DNA of 63,964 nucleotides, filler included, from Collodictyon triciliatum (taxonomy: Eukaryota): NCBI GenBank assembly GCA_043381765.1. It is 29 parts of 29 records of this genome, joined end to end, with 100 filler letters (N's around TTAATTAATTAA, not from the genome) between each part and the next. Parts side by side here need not be neighbours in the genome. Positions count along the whole stretch, not along the records: positions 13,520 to 15,665 come from JBHJMP010009416.1; positions 15,766 to 17,911 come from JBHJMP010009417.1; positions 18,012 to 20,157 come from JBHJMP010009418.1; positions 20,258 to 22,403 come from JBHJMP010009419.1; positions 22,504 to 24,648 come from JBHJMP010009420.1; positions 24,749 to 26,893 come from JBHJMP010009421.1; positions 26,994 to 29,138 come from JBHJMP010009422.1; 22 more parts are not named here. One strand, written 5' to 3'. The translations under genes and the position numbers were made by a program. Below are positions 13,672 to 27,182 of the stretch, piece by piece (the first letter of the stretch is position 1; every line of letters starts with the position of its first letter). The notes beneath the pieces were generated by a model that was not told where the DNA came from, made no database searches, and saw nothing but the letters and a program-made list of their open reading frames with translations.

Positions 13672-14590
13672 AAGCCGGGATACGACGAGGTCTGCTTCAC
13701 ACACGCACAACCCTCGAAGGCTCTCCACTACGCCGGATGTGACGAAATCTGCTTTACACACAACCCTCGAAGGCTCTCCACTATGCTGGGATGAGACGCA
13801 GTCTGCTTCTCACACACAACCCTCGAAGGCTCTCCACTACGCCGGAATACGACGCAGTCTGCTTCGCGCACGCAACCCTCGAAGGCTCTCCACTATGCCG
13901 GAATACGACGCAGTCTGCCTCGCACAAGACACACAACCCTCGAAGGCTCTCCACTAAGCCGGGATACGACAATGTCTGCTTCACACACACAAATACTGCT
14001 AAGGCTCTCCACTATGCCGGAATACGACCCAGTCTGCTTCACACACACAAATACTGCTAAGGCTCTCTACTGTGCCCGAATACGACGAAGTCTGCTTCAC
14101 ACACAACAACCCCCGAAGACTCTCCATTATGCCGGACTACGACGAAGTCTGCCTCACACACGCAACCCTCGAAGGCTCTCCACTATGCCTGAATACGACG
14201 CAGTCTGCTTCACACACAACAACCCCCGAAGACTCTCCATTACGCCGTGATTACGACGCAGTCTGCTTCACACACAACAACCCCCGAAGACTCTCCATTA
14301 CGCCGTGATTACGACGCAGTCTGCTCCACACACAACATTCGAAGGCTCTCCACTATGCCGGGATGCGACGAAATCTGCTTCACTCAAGACCCGCAAAGGC
14401 TGTGCGTTTGCCGGAATACGACGAAGTCTGCTACACACAAGACCCGCAAAGGATCTCCACTATGCCGGAATACGACGCAGTCTGCTTCACACACAAATAC
14501 TGCTAAGGCTCTCCACTATGCCGAGATACGACGCAGTCTGCTTCACACACAACAACCCCCGAAGGCTCTCCACTATGCCGGAATACGAAA
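13672..14590 (+). repeat. About 17 tandem copies of a 53-61 bp minisatellite (core aaggctctccactatgcc...gacg(a/c)agtctgc)
   Basis: Units are directly visible. The repetitive ORFs in all frames (RRLSTMPEYDAVCF, KALHYAGIRRSLL) arise from the repeat. Confidence 0.95.
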
Positions 14591-15380
14591 ACCGTAAGCC
14601 TTAAGCAATCAGATATTCTATTTTGCTCTTCGTATTTTTTTTTGCACTTGCATACACCTAGTCGATGTTTTTGCTATAATTCATATAGAAGGTTTATTCA
14701 TGCATAAAGCACAAAAATTGAATTTCCCTTGTGTAAATAGTGTGATATGTGTCCGGCCATGTGAAAATTCGGAGCCCAATCCGCTGTTTATTGAGCAACG
14801 AATCGTGGACACGAGACACAACCCTCAAAGGCTCTCCACTATGCCCGAATGCGAAAACCGTAAGTCTTGTGCAATCAGATATTCTATTTTGCCTTTCACT
14901 TCACTTTGAGCACTCTGTTTTTTTTCCTCTATACATTAGATGTTTTTATTTTTTTGTTATAATACATACATAAAGAAAGGTTTATTCATGCATAGAGCTC
15001 AAAAATTGAATTATCCTTGTGTAAATAGTGCATATAAGTCAGTTATGTGGAACATTCGAAGCCCAATGCCCTGTTTATTGAGCAACAAAGCCGAATTGCG
15101 GACACAAAGGCTCTCCACTATGCCGAATACGAAAGCCGTAAGTCTTAAGCAATCAGATATTTTATTGTCCATTTCTCACTTCGAGAACTTTGTTTTTTTC
15201 CTCTATACATTAGTCGATGTTTTTTTTATTATAATACATATAGAATGGTATATTCATGCATAAAGGAGCATAATTGAATCTCTTGTGTATAATAGTGATA
15301 TGTGTGCAGTTATGTGAACATTCGAAGCCCAATCCTGTTTATTGAGCAACAAAGTCGAATCGCGGACACGAGACTCAACA
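14557..15380 (+). repeat. Three tandem AT-rich units of about 265-280 bp, each starting with the minisatellite core
   Basis: aaggctctccactatgcc..gaa..cgaaa.ccgtaag.ctt..gcaatcagatatt recurs at about 14560, 14828 and 15107. Each copy is followed by tattcatgcata...aattgaa...ttcg.agcccaat...ttattgagcaac. Confidence 0.92.
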
Positions 15381-15934
15381 TATACCTGTCCATGTGCAGA
15401 CGCGAAGAACTTCAGGTGAGTATCCCATTAATACAAACATTTTTTCATTAAGAGAATCTCTTATTTTCTCCATTTACAATTACAGCAATTCGAAAACACT
15501 TAGCATTTTTTTCAGCATATCAATAATCAAAGAATCCATAATAAAGTCTCGACAATCCATATTCCAATGTGCATTCTCCAGTTTCTGATTGCAGAATTTC
15601 GGCCACTCTCCAACCGCAGCGACGCCGGACTTAGCACAAAGAGACGAATCCGTGCAGGTGATTCANNNNNNNNNNNNNNNNNNNNNNNNNNNNNNNNNNN
15701 NNNNNNNNNTTAATTAATTAANNNNNNNNNNNNNNNNNNNNNNNNNNNNNNNNNNNNNNNNNNNNAAAACAAAACAAAACAAAACAAAACAAAACAAAAC
15801 AAAACAAAACAAAACAAAACAAAACAAAACAAAACAAAACAAAACAAAACAAAACAAAACAAACTTATCAATTGCATTTGATTTCATAGCACAATCCAAT
15901 CGCAAATAAAATTAAAACGAGATGACACATGTCT

Positions 15935-17800
15935 AGAGGATATTTAGGCTAAACTCTTGGGAAGTATCAAGGCATTCTCTAATCTGTTCAACTTCTTGCA
16001 GAAACCCATCACGAAGAAATAATTCTTCCTACCGATTTAAATAAATAAGGTTTGAACGTATTGCCTTCTCTTATAGCAAATGTTAAAGTATGAAAAATGA
16101 AGAGAAAAAAAAAACACAACCTCTCGAAGGCATGTCTTGTACATATAATCAACCATTCTCCAGAGCTCTTTTGGGATAACTAAAGGTGGCTCATAATTAT
16201 CAGCATCGTCATCCTCCACAGGTAGCACAGATGACCGCACGGGATGTGTCATTTGCAATAGATTCTTTCCAAAAACATTCAAAGTTTACATGTTTTAGAT
16301 CCTTGAATAGAAAAATGCTTTGGCGAGATATGCCCAAAGGGACATGCAAATGATTATTTAATTATTTTTTTTAAAAGAAAAGTATAAACATAAAAACAAT
16401 CACGGAGCAGCAGTCAATGTAACTATTCGAACACTTCATAGTTAATATGAATGGCTTTCTTTGCTTCTTTTTTTTTTTTTTACCCGTATTGGCATACCGA
16501 AGCAAGAACGCAAGAACTGTCCTGTGATGGAGATCTTTTTTGATTTTAATAGTTAAGTGTATATGCTTTAACTGCGCATTAATTTGAGGACAATAGATGG
16601 AAGAGTAAGGTCACTCGCAGCAAAGAAAACAGAGTGTAATGAAATGTATATTAAATCTGTTTAACTGCATCAATTCTCTATCTTTATTCAAGGATACAAA
16701 GTAATGTTTTCCTCTAATTAAGGAAAGAACCAGTATATCATCCATGGTATCTTTTTCAATATTAAGTAGTGGAGCTGTTCGGTAATCTACGTATACTGTC
16801 ATCTCGATATTTTGCTTTTCACCCACGTCAAGTGTTCCTTACGTTTTTAGATACATAAAATTCAGAAGTACGACATGATAAGTGCATCGAGAAAAAAAAA
16901 ACCCACATCCAAATATGAAAAGAATATTAACGATTGTGCTAACCAAGATGAAAACTTGCAATTAAGTATGGTTCATATTGATATAAAGTGGAGAACCTAG
17001 TTTTGGCTCAACAAAGATCCACGTCTTTGAAATAGATTTATCATTATTTTTTGGTATAAATCGGAACCTTGCCCTGACCTGTGATGGCATAAAAAAAAAT
17101 TCATCAAGCCTGATGGATACTTTAGAGCGAAGAAATTGATTTCGCACAAAGAAAGCGATGTTTTGGTTGATTGCATCAATCGGTTAGGCCGGAATATGAT
17201 AGAATAATGCATGGTACTTGTGGAAACTATACCGTTCCAGTGTTTTCTATTGAGACGGAACGAGCAATAGGAATCATATATTTCACGTCTCCAAAGTCAA
17301 CTGAAGTGGCACTATAGAAAGAGGGTAAAATTGGGTGTTTTACTTTATTTCGAAGGCAAAAAATAAATAAATAAATAAAATATGCTGATACAAAATGAAA
17401 ATTAGACGTCATGTTCTTTGGTATCTAGAAGGGTTGACGTATCCATTTGTTGAGAAACCACTACCTAATTTCAACCTGAGGTATGAGTTCGTTTTCTGCC
17501 TTATCTATGTCTCTGGCAATTTTTTGCGATAAGAGTAAGCGCTTCTCGGAATCCTCGATACGAATCTTAAAAAAATAAAATAAAATAATTAACGAATATC
17601 CCACTGTAAATTAAAATAAAATCAGAAATACGTAATACACAAATTATTAAACATGAAAATCAGCAAGGAGAAGTGATTAAGAAAATGAAAATAATACTCG
17701 CTATATCATTTACCTGCGCCTCCATTAATGCGACGACCGGGCGGTGGTCAGACATTTTCAGTTCACACCTCCCATAATTGATGGTTTTTATTGGAGACCT
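15935..17800 (-). CDS. OCRL/INPP5B-type inositol polyphosphate 5-phosphatase (end of catalytic domain, ASH domain, start of RhoGAP-like domain)
   Basis: Exons read ELKMSDHRPVVA, VDFGDVKYMIPIARSVSIENTG, RFRFIPK, DDILVLSLIRGKHYF|ISITGQFLRSCFGMPI, IPKELWRMVDYMY and LFLRDG...EQIRECLDT. Confidence 0.93.
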
Positions 17801-17841
17801 AAAATAAATTTCCCAGTCATTTTTAAAATAATAAAAAAATG

Positions 17842-17911
<70 letters not shown>

Positions 17912-18059
17912 NNNNNNNNNNNNNNNNNNNNNNNNNNNNNNNNNNNNNNNNNNNNTTAATTAATTAANNNNNNNNNNNNNNNNNNNNNNNNNNNNNNNNN
18001 NNNNNNNNNNNGCCACAGCGAGATGAAAACATAAAGGCTGGCTCACTTTGTAATAAGAC

Positions 18060-18148
<89 letters not shown>

Positions 18149-18456
18149 GATTTATATATTCTTGATACTATCGGGGACTCAAGTTGGCATCAAAAAGAAA
18201 TGACAGGAATTCATGAGGTATGATGGGTTTTCATGAGCAAGTGAATTTTTTTTTATTTTCGGTAAATTTATATGTCTCTGAACTATGACAATTTTTATGG
18301 GAAAAAAAATGGAAGGTTGAACTTGGGCTGAATTATGTTGGAACAAGTACATGAGACACTCTTGTAATCTTTCTTTCCCTGATTCCAACCGTGAGGTATC
18401 CTTAAATTAGCTCCAGAACATATTAGTCCATATATATGCCTCTTTTTTTTTTTTTC

Positions 18457-19945
18457 TCATTCAATTCCTTCTCCGGCGAGTCTGGTCAGAATCCAAAAGA
18501 TAATATATCCAGAAATGAAACATAGTATACCACGAATCCGATTTTCGGGTCGCTCCATGACTTCGGGGAGAATGGCTGTGAGAGACAAGAATAAAAAGTT
18601 TCCTGAACCATATGCGAGAAGAAATCCAAGGTTAATGGGCGCCATTCCTGTAAAAAGAAGTTTACCAAAGAGTGCCCCGATTGTAGTGAGAGCGCCAATA
18701 GCCACCAGAATGTAAAGAAGGTATCGGTTGTTTGCCATCCTCAATCCAGAGTAAACCTGAATGAGGGTCCAAAAGATTAGATATGAACGTTTATCGAACA
18801 AAAAGCTTTAAAAAGGGAAAAGTAAGCCTTTACAAGGTTACCCCATGTTGAAACATATAAAAAAAAAAGTAGAATGTACCCTTTGATATTTAGAAGTTCG
18901 AATAAAACTATGATGAAATATTGAGTAAAGAAAAAAAAGACAAAGGTGATAAATGTGTATGTATGTGAAATGATGACCCTACCGAAGCAATAACAAATCC
19001 ATCTGGAAATTTGTGAAAGAGGACTGCAATCGCAATTTTCAGTCCTATGCGAATCGAAGAGGCAAAAGCGCCTGCAATCAAAAACCCATCTGCGAAAGAA
19101 TGTATTGCAAATGCAAGAAACACCGTGTATGGAAGCTGGCTGGAAAATCCCGATGCGGGCTACAAGGGAAAAAAAATATTACAACAAGAGAAAGGACGGA
19201 GAAGTCTTAAATTACCGATTCTGCAACGAAATACATGTGAAAATCATCATAAGTGAAAAGGTTAAGAAGAAAAAAAAAGGATGTGTAACATTCTGATTTC
19301 TGATTTCTGATTTCTGATTTATGACGGTTACATCAGAGTCGTGTGCATGGTCATGGTGATGCCTGCGGCTCGTATTTGCAGACAATCCTATCGATGGAGA
19401 ATTTGAACCTAAAGAGCCCATGTCAATCATAGTGTAAACCCTGGGACCGTGTGAATGCGAGCCAATCATAAACTTTTCCAAGGACATCAGAGAAGTGTAG
19501 CCCACGAAGATTCCAAACATGACAAAGTCCACCTGGAACGAGTCTCCTCCGGTTTCCTTGTTAGGATGCTCTGCGTCCTGTAACCAATGAGATTCAGCTT
19601 CGGTGCGAGAACGCACAAACGAGTATGTGTATATATGTATATAAAGCATGGGTCAGGACTCTGTGGGAAGGCACTCAGCAAAATCAGTTGCTTGAAGGGC
19701 CACGAGGTCAAAAGCGTGGGTGGCTGGAGATAAACTACCGTGTCATCGATTTGTGAGCCCAACCGCACTGCCTCTGGAATCAGCTCGAGGGTAGCTATCG
19801 CTAGAAGAAGGCCGGCTGAAAGGCCGAGCATCAGATTTGTGTGGCGTTCGCACCACCCTGGAAAGAGTCGCAGTAGTCCCCAGCCGGAAACGAGCGGTGC
19901 GGCGGCAGAGAGGAAAACAGCCCCGAAAAACTCGGGAGTCCACAT
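18457..19945 (-). CDS. ZIP (SLC39) family zinc/metal transporter, apparently complete, multi-exon
   Basis: LGLSAGLLLAIATLELIPEA, His-rich loop (HSHG, HHHDHAHD), AIHSFADGFLI, IAVLFHKFPDG, and GNFLFLSLTAILPE. Confidence 0.93.
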
Positions 19946-20062
19946 GTCGGACGCGCTTCTGCTTGTGGGATTCGGTAGACGTCAGATGTGCTCTGGGTGT
20001 TGGGAGTCCGGCTGGGGTCGAGCGACGTAAACCCAAAAAAATAGACAAAAAAACAATAAAAC

Positions 20063-20157
<95 letters not shown>

Positions 20158-20360
20158 NNNNNNNNNNNNNNNNNNNNNNNNNNNNNNNNNNNNNNNNNNN
20201 NTTAATTAATTAANNNNNNNNNNNNNNNNNNNNNNNNNNNNNNNNNNNNNNNNNNNNGCACATGCGGCCTGCTGCTGCGGAAGATACTTTGGTCGTGCTT
20301 TCAGCTGCAACCTGCAACATCAACATAAACTTTTTTTTATAAATATCACCGATATCTTTA

Positions 20361-22403
20361 CAACCATCACAATCACTGCAATCATCACCATCACTGCAAT
20401 CATCACAATCATCACAATCATCACAAGCATCACAATTATCACAATCATCACAATCATCACAATCATCACAATCATCACAATCATCACAATCATCACAATC
20501 ATCACAATCATCACAATCATCACAATCATCACAATCATCACAATCATCACAATCATCACAATCATCACAATCATCACAATCATCACAATCATCACAATCA
20601 CTACAATCATCACAATCATCACAAGCATCACAATCATCACAATCATCACAATCACTACAATCACTACAATCATCACAATCATCGCAATCATCACAATCAT
20701 CACAATCATCACAATCACTACAATCATCACAATCATCGCAAGCATCACAATCATCACAATCATCACAATCATCGCAATCATCACAATCATCACAATCATC
20801 ACAATCATCACAATCATCACAATTATCACAATCATCACAATCATCACAATCATCACAATCATCACAATCACTACAATCATCACAATCATCGCAATCATCA
20901 CAATTATCACAATTATCACAATCATCACAAGCATCACAATCATCACAATCACTACAATCATCACAATCATCACAATCATCGCAATCATCACAAGCATCAC
21001 AATCATCACAATCACTACAATCACTACAATCATCACAATCATCACAAGCATCACAATCATCACAATCACTACAATCATCACAAGCATCACAAGCATCACA
21101 ATCATCACAAGCATCACAATCATCACAATCACTACAATCATCACAATCATCACAATCACTACAATCATCACAAGCATCACAATCATCACAATCACTACAA
21201 TCATCACAAGCATCACAAGCATCACAATCATCACAATCATCACAATCATCACAATCATCACAAGCATCACAATCATCACAAGCATCACAATCATCACAAT
21301 TATCACAATCATTACAATCATCACAATCATCACAATCATCACAAGCATCACAATCATCACAATCACTACAATCATCACAATCATCACAATCATCACAAGC
21401 ATCACAATTATCACAATCATCACAATTATCACAATTATCACAATCATCACAATCATCACAATCATCACAAGCATCACAATTATCACAATCATCACAATTA
21501 TCACAATCATCACAATTATCACAATCATCACAATCATCACAAGCATCACAAGCATCACAATCATCACAATCATCGCAATCATCACAATCATCGCAATCAT
21601 CACAATCATCACAATCACTACAATCATCACAAGCATCACAATCATCACAATCACTACAATCATCACAATCATCACAATCATCACAATCATCACAATCATC
21701 ACAATCATCACAATCATCACAATCATCACAATCATCACAATCATCACAATTATCACAATCATCACAATCACTACAATCATCACAATCATCACAATCATCG
21801 CAATCATCACAAGCATCACAAGCATCACAATCATCACAATCATCACAATCATCACAATCATCACAATCACTACAATCATCACAATCATCACAATCATCAC
21901 AATCATCACAATCATCACAATCATCACAATCATCACAATCATCACAATCATCACAATCATCACAAGCATCACAATCACTACAATCATTACAATCATCACA
22001 AGCATCACAAGCATCACAAGCATCACAATCATCACAATCATCACAATCATCACAATCATCACAATCATCACAAGCATCACAATCATCACAATCACTACAA
22101 TCATCACAATCATCACAATCATCACAATCATCACAATCATCACAAGCATCACAATTATCACAATCATCACAATTATCACAATCATCACAATCATCACAAT
22201 CATCACAATCATCACAATTATCACAATCATCACAATTATCACAATCATCACAATCATCACAAGCATCACAAGCATCACAAGCATCACAATCATCACAATC
22301 ATCACAATCATCACAATCATCGCAATCATCACAATCATCACAATCACTACAATCATCACAAGCATCACAATCATCACAATCACTACAATCATCACAATCA
22401 TCA
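20361..22403. repeat. Satellite of about 225 9-bp units, consensus ACAATCATC, with a few recurrent variants
   Basis: Directly visible. Variants are acaagcatc, acaattatc, acaatcact, gcaatcatc and acaatcatt. The 693-aa VMI ORF shows there is no frame-shifting indel. Confidence 0.98.
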
Positions 22404-22503
22404 NNNNNNNNNNNNNNNNNNNNNNNNNNNNNNNNNNNNNNNNNNNNTTAATTAATTAANNNNNNNNNNNNNNNNNNNNNNNNNNNNNNNNNNNNNNNNN
22501 NNN

Positions 22504-22595
<92 letters not shown>

Positions 22596-22624
22596 TTTTC
22601 TTCTATTTTAATCTTAACTAACCT

Positions 22625-24390
22625 TTTGTATATGTCCATAGGTCATTAATTGGCATGATAATCGCATCCAAATGAAGCCCTCCAAACATTCCAAACTCAT
22701 TCTCGGACAGCTTCGTTAAGCAAGGGCTAATCCGCGCAGGAGGGTACTGGTCAACATTGTTTTCAATCCATTCATTCGTATCTAAATTTTCATGACTTAG
22801 ACTTTTATGTCACATATTAAATAATAGATGCGCTCAAGTACCAATATATACGGTATACCTGGCTTGTACACCCAAAAATGATTCTGTGTCGACATACTCA
22901 AACCTCCCATTATATAAAAGCTACTCCCAATCAGATAGGATGTGTGAAATATACGACCTGAAGGGGTACTTATGGGGAAAACAGAGTATGGTGTCACAGT
23001 GAAAAGGTCCCTTCCTAGTAACAACTTGGACTCTATAAGAAACGATAATGTATCGTCAGTCATAATTTAATTTGAATGGATATTATATTTATAGTTGAGC
23101 TGTTCGCTAAATTACGATACCATCATTTTCTTGGGGCGATGGAATGATTTTTCTTTTATTTGATTCAAATAGGTGAGATGAAATGATATTTCATGTATAA
23201 GATAGCATACTTTTGTCTATCTTTGTAATCATGAATGTGGTGAAATCAACTTTTCCCTCGACGTATCCTCCCAAAGCATAAATAGCCTCGTCATATACTT
23301 GAATACTAGCATAGTTTTGTGACATGAACGAATATTCCATAGGAACCTCCCACTTTGATTGATCTATCAATTTTATCATTTTAGATACCGCAGCTCTTCG
23401 TGATTCTAGATATGAAAATACTTTCAAATAAAGAATAAAAGGATATTGACGATAATTTACAGAAAATAAAAAGTACAGTGGTCGTATATGATCAGCTGGG
23501 CTGGACACACAGAATCTAGGACACCACAACCACCAAAGATGTAATACTTCCCGTCTTTAAAGACTCCATCCACTCCGAATTGGGCCTTGACTGAACTTCC
23601 TGGGTCATTTACAAATATCCAAGAACTGGCCACTACATTTTATAAAAGAAAATAAAAATCAACCGAACATTAATTCATACAGGTTGTTGTTTGGCGCTCA
23701 TCTCCTTTGGTAGCTTCATCAATTTCAATTCAACATGAAAAGTATATGAAATCATGAGTCGACCTGGATCGTATTTCCACACGTCATTAAGTCCGGATGG
23801 GTTGTGTCCACCAATTATGAAAAAACAACCGTCATGCATATAAGAGTAAGTGTCAAATCTCCCAGAGGGCAAGCCTCCTGATGGGTTTAATTTTTCCCAG
23901 ACGAAATCATCCAGCCGGAGAGTGTATAGATCGTTGAAGAATCCACCAGGTGTAGTACCACCAAAAAAGTAGAGCTGAATGCCAAGATAACGGGGAAAAT
24001 GGGATGATATGTGAGCATGGTTTCAATTGATTCAAAAACAGTGATAAAATATAACTACACAACAATTTCATGATAGACTGGTGGACATACAATCCCTTTG
24101 GCGTCATCAATTGCAATCGTGTAAAGAGTTCTGATAAATGGGGCTTGGCCAAAAGTCAGTTCAGCTTTACATATTATCGGACCTTGGTGATTGATTTAAT
24201 TAGGAAACGGATATAAGTGAAAAAAATAATCAATTCCCTGGAGAGTCCATAAATTGGCCTTTTTTTCTTGGGACATTAACAGCAGAAAATACTCATAAAA
24301 TGGGTAAAATTTAAAATTTTACTGATGTCACATATCCAAATGTTTGTTATATATGTCTCCATTGTTCCTGGCTGAACACCGGCACTAGAA
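22625..24390 (-). CDS. Kelch-repeat protein (internal exons)
   Basis: Repeated kelch motifs: FFGGTTPGGFFNDLY, PSGRFDTYSYMHDGCFFIIGGHNPSGLNDVWKYD, YYIFGG, IYALGGY, PSGRIFHTSYLIGSSFYIMGG, MFGGL...NDLWTY. Confidence 0.88.
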
Positions 24391-24894
24391 AGAAAAAGAT
24401 ATTAATCAAGTCGGACAAGAATATGTCATATATACGGATGGAAGCAGGTTCACTGAATCAGGTTTCTTCTCGTTTTTTTTTATCTTTTTCCTTTATTTGA
24501 TTCAAAGTTGTCGTCTTTTATTCAATTATATTGTTTATGTGTTTGTTTGTTTCTTTGTTTGTTTCTTTGTTTGTTTCTTTGTTTGTTTCTTTGTTTGTTT
24601 CTTTGTTTGTTTCTTTGTTTGTTTCTTTGTTTGTTTCTTTGTTTGTTTNNNNNNNNNNNNNNNNNNNNNNNNNNNNNNNNNNNNNNNNNNNNTTAATTAA
24701 TTAANNNNNNNNNNNNNNNNNNNNNNNNNNNNNNNNNNNNNNNNNNNNAAAAAAAGAAAAAAAGAAAAAAAGAAAAAAAGAAAAAAAGAAAAAAAGAAAA
24801 AAAGAAAAAAAGAAAAAAAGAAAAAAAGAAAAAAGAAAAAAAGAAAAAAAAAGCGGGAAATGAAGAAAAAGCGGGAGATGAAGAAAAGGAACAT

Positions 24895-26638
24895 ATCAAA
24901 AGAAAGTGTCAGAGTATTTCCATTTAGCGTAGCGTGAGTGACCCTCAAATTGACGCTGATGGCCTGTAATAATATCGGAGCTAGCCTGAACTCTTCCCAT
25001 GCAATACATGCTTTTGTAGAGGTATGGTAATAAGTATTTGATGTCTCCTATTAAGCTTTGAAAGAAAAAAATACATCAAATCAAAGGTTTGAGTGTGAAA
25101 TGAGCCCACAAGCGAGTATTTTTTCCTTTATTCAATTCTAAGTTTAGGAGAGGTGTGAGCCAAAAAGGATTTGTAAGGTGTGTATGGTTGAGAGCAAACG
25201 CGAGTGGGAGAAGACACTCATGTGAAGAGACTAGCACTGGAAAAAATTAAGGGATGGCGAGTTGGTCAGGCGGACGGCCCAACTGGTTGATTGGCTGCGT
25301 GGGTAGCAGGGGTTGGACATGTTGTGGGAGATATTCAACGAAATATTCCCACATCTCTTCGTTTGCGGTCAGAGTAGCATAGAATGCGAGCCCACAAACG
25401 AGTATCTCCTAAAACATTATAATACATGATTCATCTATTATCATAACATCTACTTCTTTGTTGTTGTTTTTCTTTCTGTTGTTGTAGGTGTGAATTACAG
25501 TTTACTACATGCAAGCATACGCAATATACCCTATCAAGGAGTACCAGTAGGAATTATCGCAGTTCCAATACATATTTGAGTATGAGGGCCCATTCATCAT
25601 CACGTCTCACGGGGTAAGGTATGAGTGTTTCGGGAGAACTAGCGCGCAGGACGCGCTTATGCGACCTTTTTAACGACTGGAAAAAATTTTCCAGTAATAC
25701 AACCAGCCTTTGACCTCTACAGTAAGTGTATAGTTTTATATAATTTTTAGGTGGGAAATGTTTTGCATAAGTCATAATTATATATCTACAAAATTGCTGG
25801 GGAGTGAGCACATACGCAACAAATAATTTCCTAAAAAAAAACATGTGTCAGAAATATTCTTTCTGTAACAGATACATGTGGCCTCTTTGGGTCAATATAA
25901 CCAAGAATACGAAACATTATAACTTATGTATCGCGGTTTATCTTTGTCGCATTAAGATGCCTCAGGCAGTCCGATTCTGTTAAGAGCTGTCCAGAAGAAC
26001 ATATATATATATATATAAATAGGGAGATACTAGACGAGCGGAGTTCCGACACTGAAAGGCTACGTGGGATGGGAGTAATCAGACAGAATACACTAATAGG
26101 AGAGAGGAGGAAACCATGTATGCTATTACCCTTTGGTAAAAGTATGTTTCATGGCATCTATGTGAAAATATCCGGGCGGTTGCGGGTTCCGTAGGTACTA
26201 GGGGATAGGGCTCCATTACAATACGAGGTAAGTTTGAAGCCCACGACCACACAAATGGCACCCAAGATAAATAAAAAAAGCTTATTACACACTCGGATTC
26301 TTAAAGGAAACACGAGAATTGAAAGATAAAGACACCCTTTCCTAGCGTACCTTTTCACTCCTTCTAGTTGAGACACAGACTTTGAAGGACCCCTATTAAT
26401 TACAAGAAAAAAAGTCAGCTGCTGACTTTGCACATTCTATTTGAGTGAAACATGGCATGGTGAGAAGTGTATGCAAGTAATAGGACGGGTACACAACCAA
26501 AACACAGCAGTTGCAACTAGTAGGGTCAAAAGAGCTAAAAGGAAGCAAGAGTGGTGGCCAAGTCTAACGGCGAGAATAAGGGGTCAAAATAAACCTATCC
26601 GCACTCAAAGCCGCCTTAGTCGCCGAAGGTTTACTCAT
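24895..26638 (-). CDS. Probable multi-exon gene of unknown function
   Basis: ATG at 26638 (MSKPSATKAALSAD, then a GT donor) and several AG/GT-bounded open segments such as EILVCGLAFYATLTANEE and ETSNTYYHTSTKACIAWEEFRLAPILLQAISVNL. The exon chain is not resolved. Confidence 0.4.
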
Positions 26639-27182
26639 TCATACCACGTCGTTGGAACAGATGATGCTTTTCATCATACGGTGGTGTGGCTGGCAGGCGG
26701 CTCATATAATAATTCCGTTTTATCTCGTGAAATACACATTGACATTTTTATTTACTTTTACTTTTACTTTTACTTTCACTTTTACTTTCACTTTCACATT
26801 CACATTCACATTCACATTCACATTCACATTCACATTCACATTCACATTCACATTCACATTCACATTCACATTCACATTCACATTCACATTCACNNNNNNN
26901 NNNNNNNNNNNNNNNNNNNNNNNNNNNNNNNNNNNNNTTAATTAATTAANNNNNNNNNNNNNNNNNNNNNNNNNNNNNNNNNNNNNNNNNNNNAAAAAAA
27001 GAAGAAAAGAAGAAAAGAAGAAAAGAAGAAAAGAAGAAAAGAAGAAAAGAAGAAAAGAAGAAAAGAAGAAAAGAAGAAAAGAAGAAAAGAAGAAAAGAAG
27101 AAAAGAAGAAAACGAAAAATAAAACTTTACAGCACTAATTAATAATAATGCTACATAAAAAGCCTAGACAAAAAGCTTTCCG

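Noticed and set aside
13672..14590. CRISPR array (also considered for 40617-41815)
   Set aside because: The variable slots are about 9 nt and reuse a few alleles, so there are no unique spacers. The context is eukaryotic and no cas genes are present.
20320..22401. 693-aa (V-M-I)n ORF as a real protein
   Set aside because: An entirely hydrophobic 9-bp repeat translation is implausible. If any frame codes, the CDD or SQS frame is more credible.
25102..25405. 18-nt near-duplicate gagcccacaa(g/a)cgagtat at 25102 and 25388
   Set aside because: Only two short copies with no further structure. It may be a small local duplication but cannot be interpreted.
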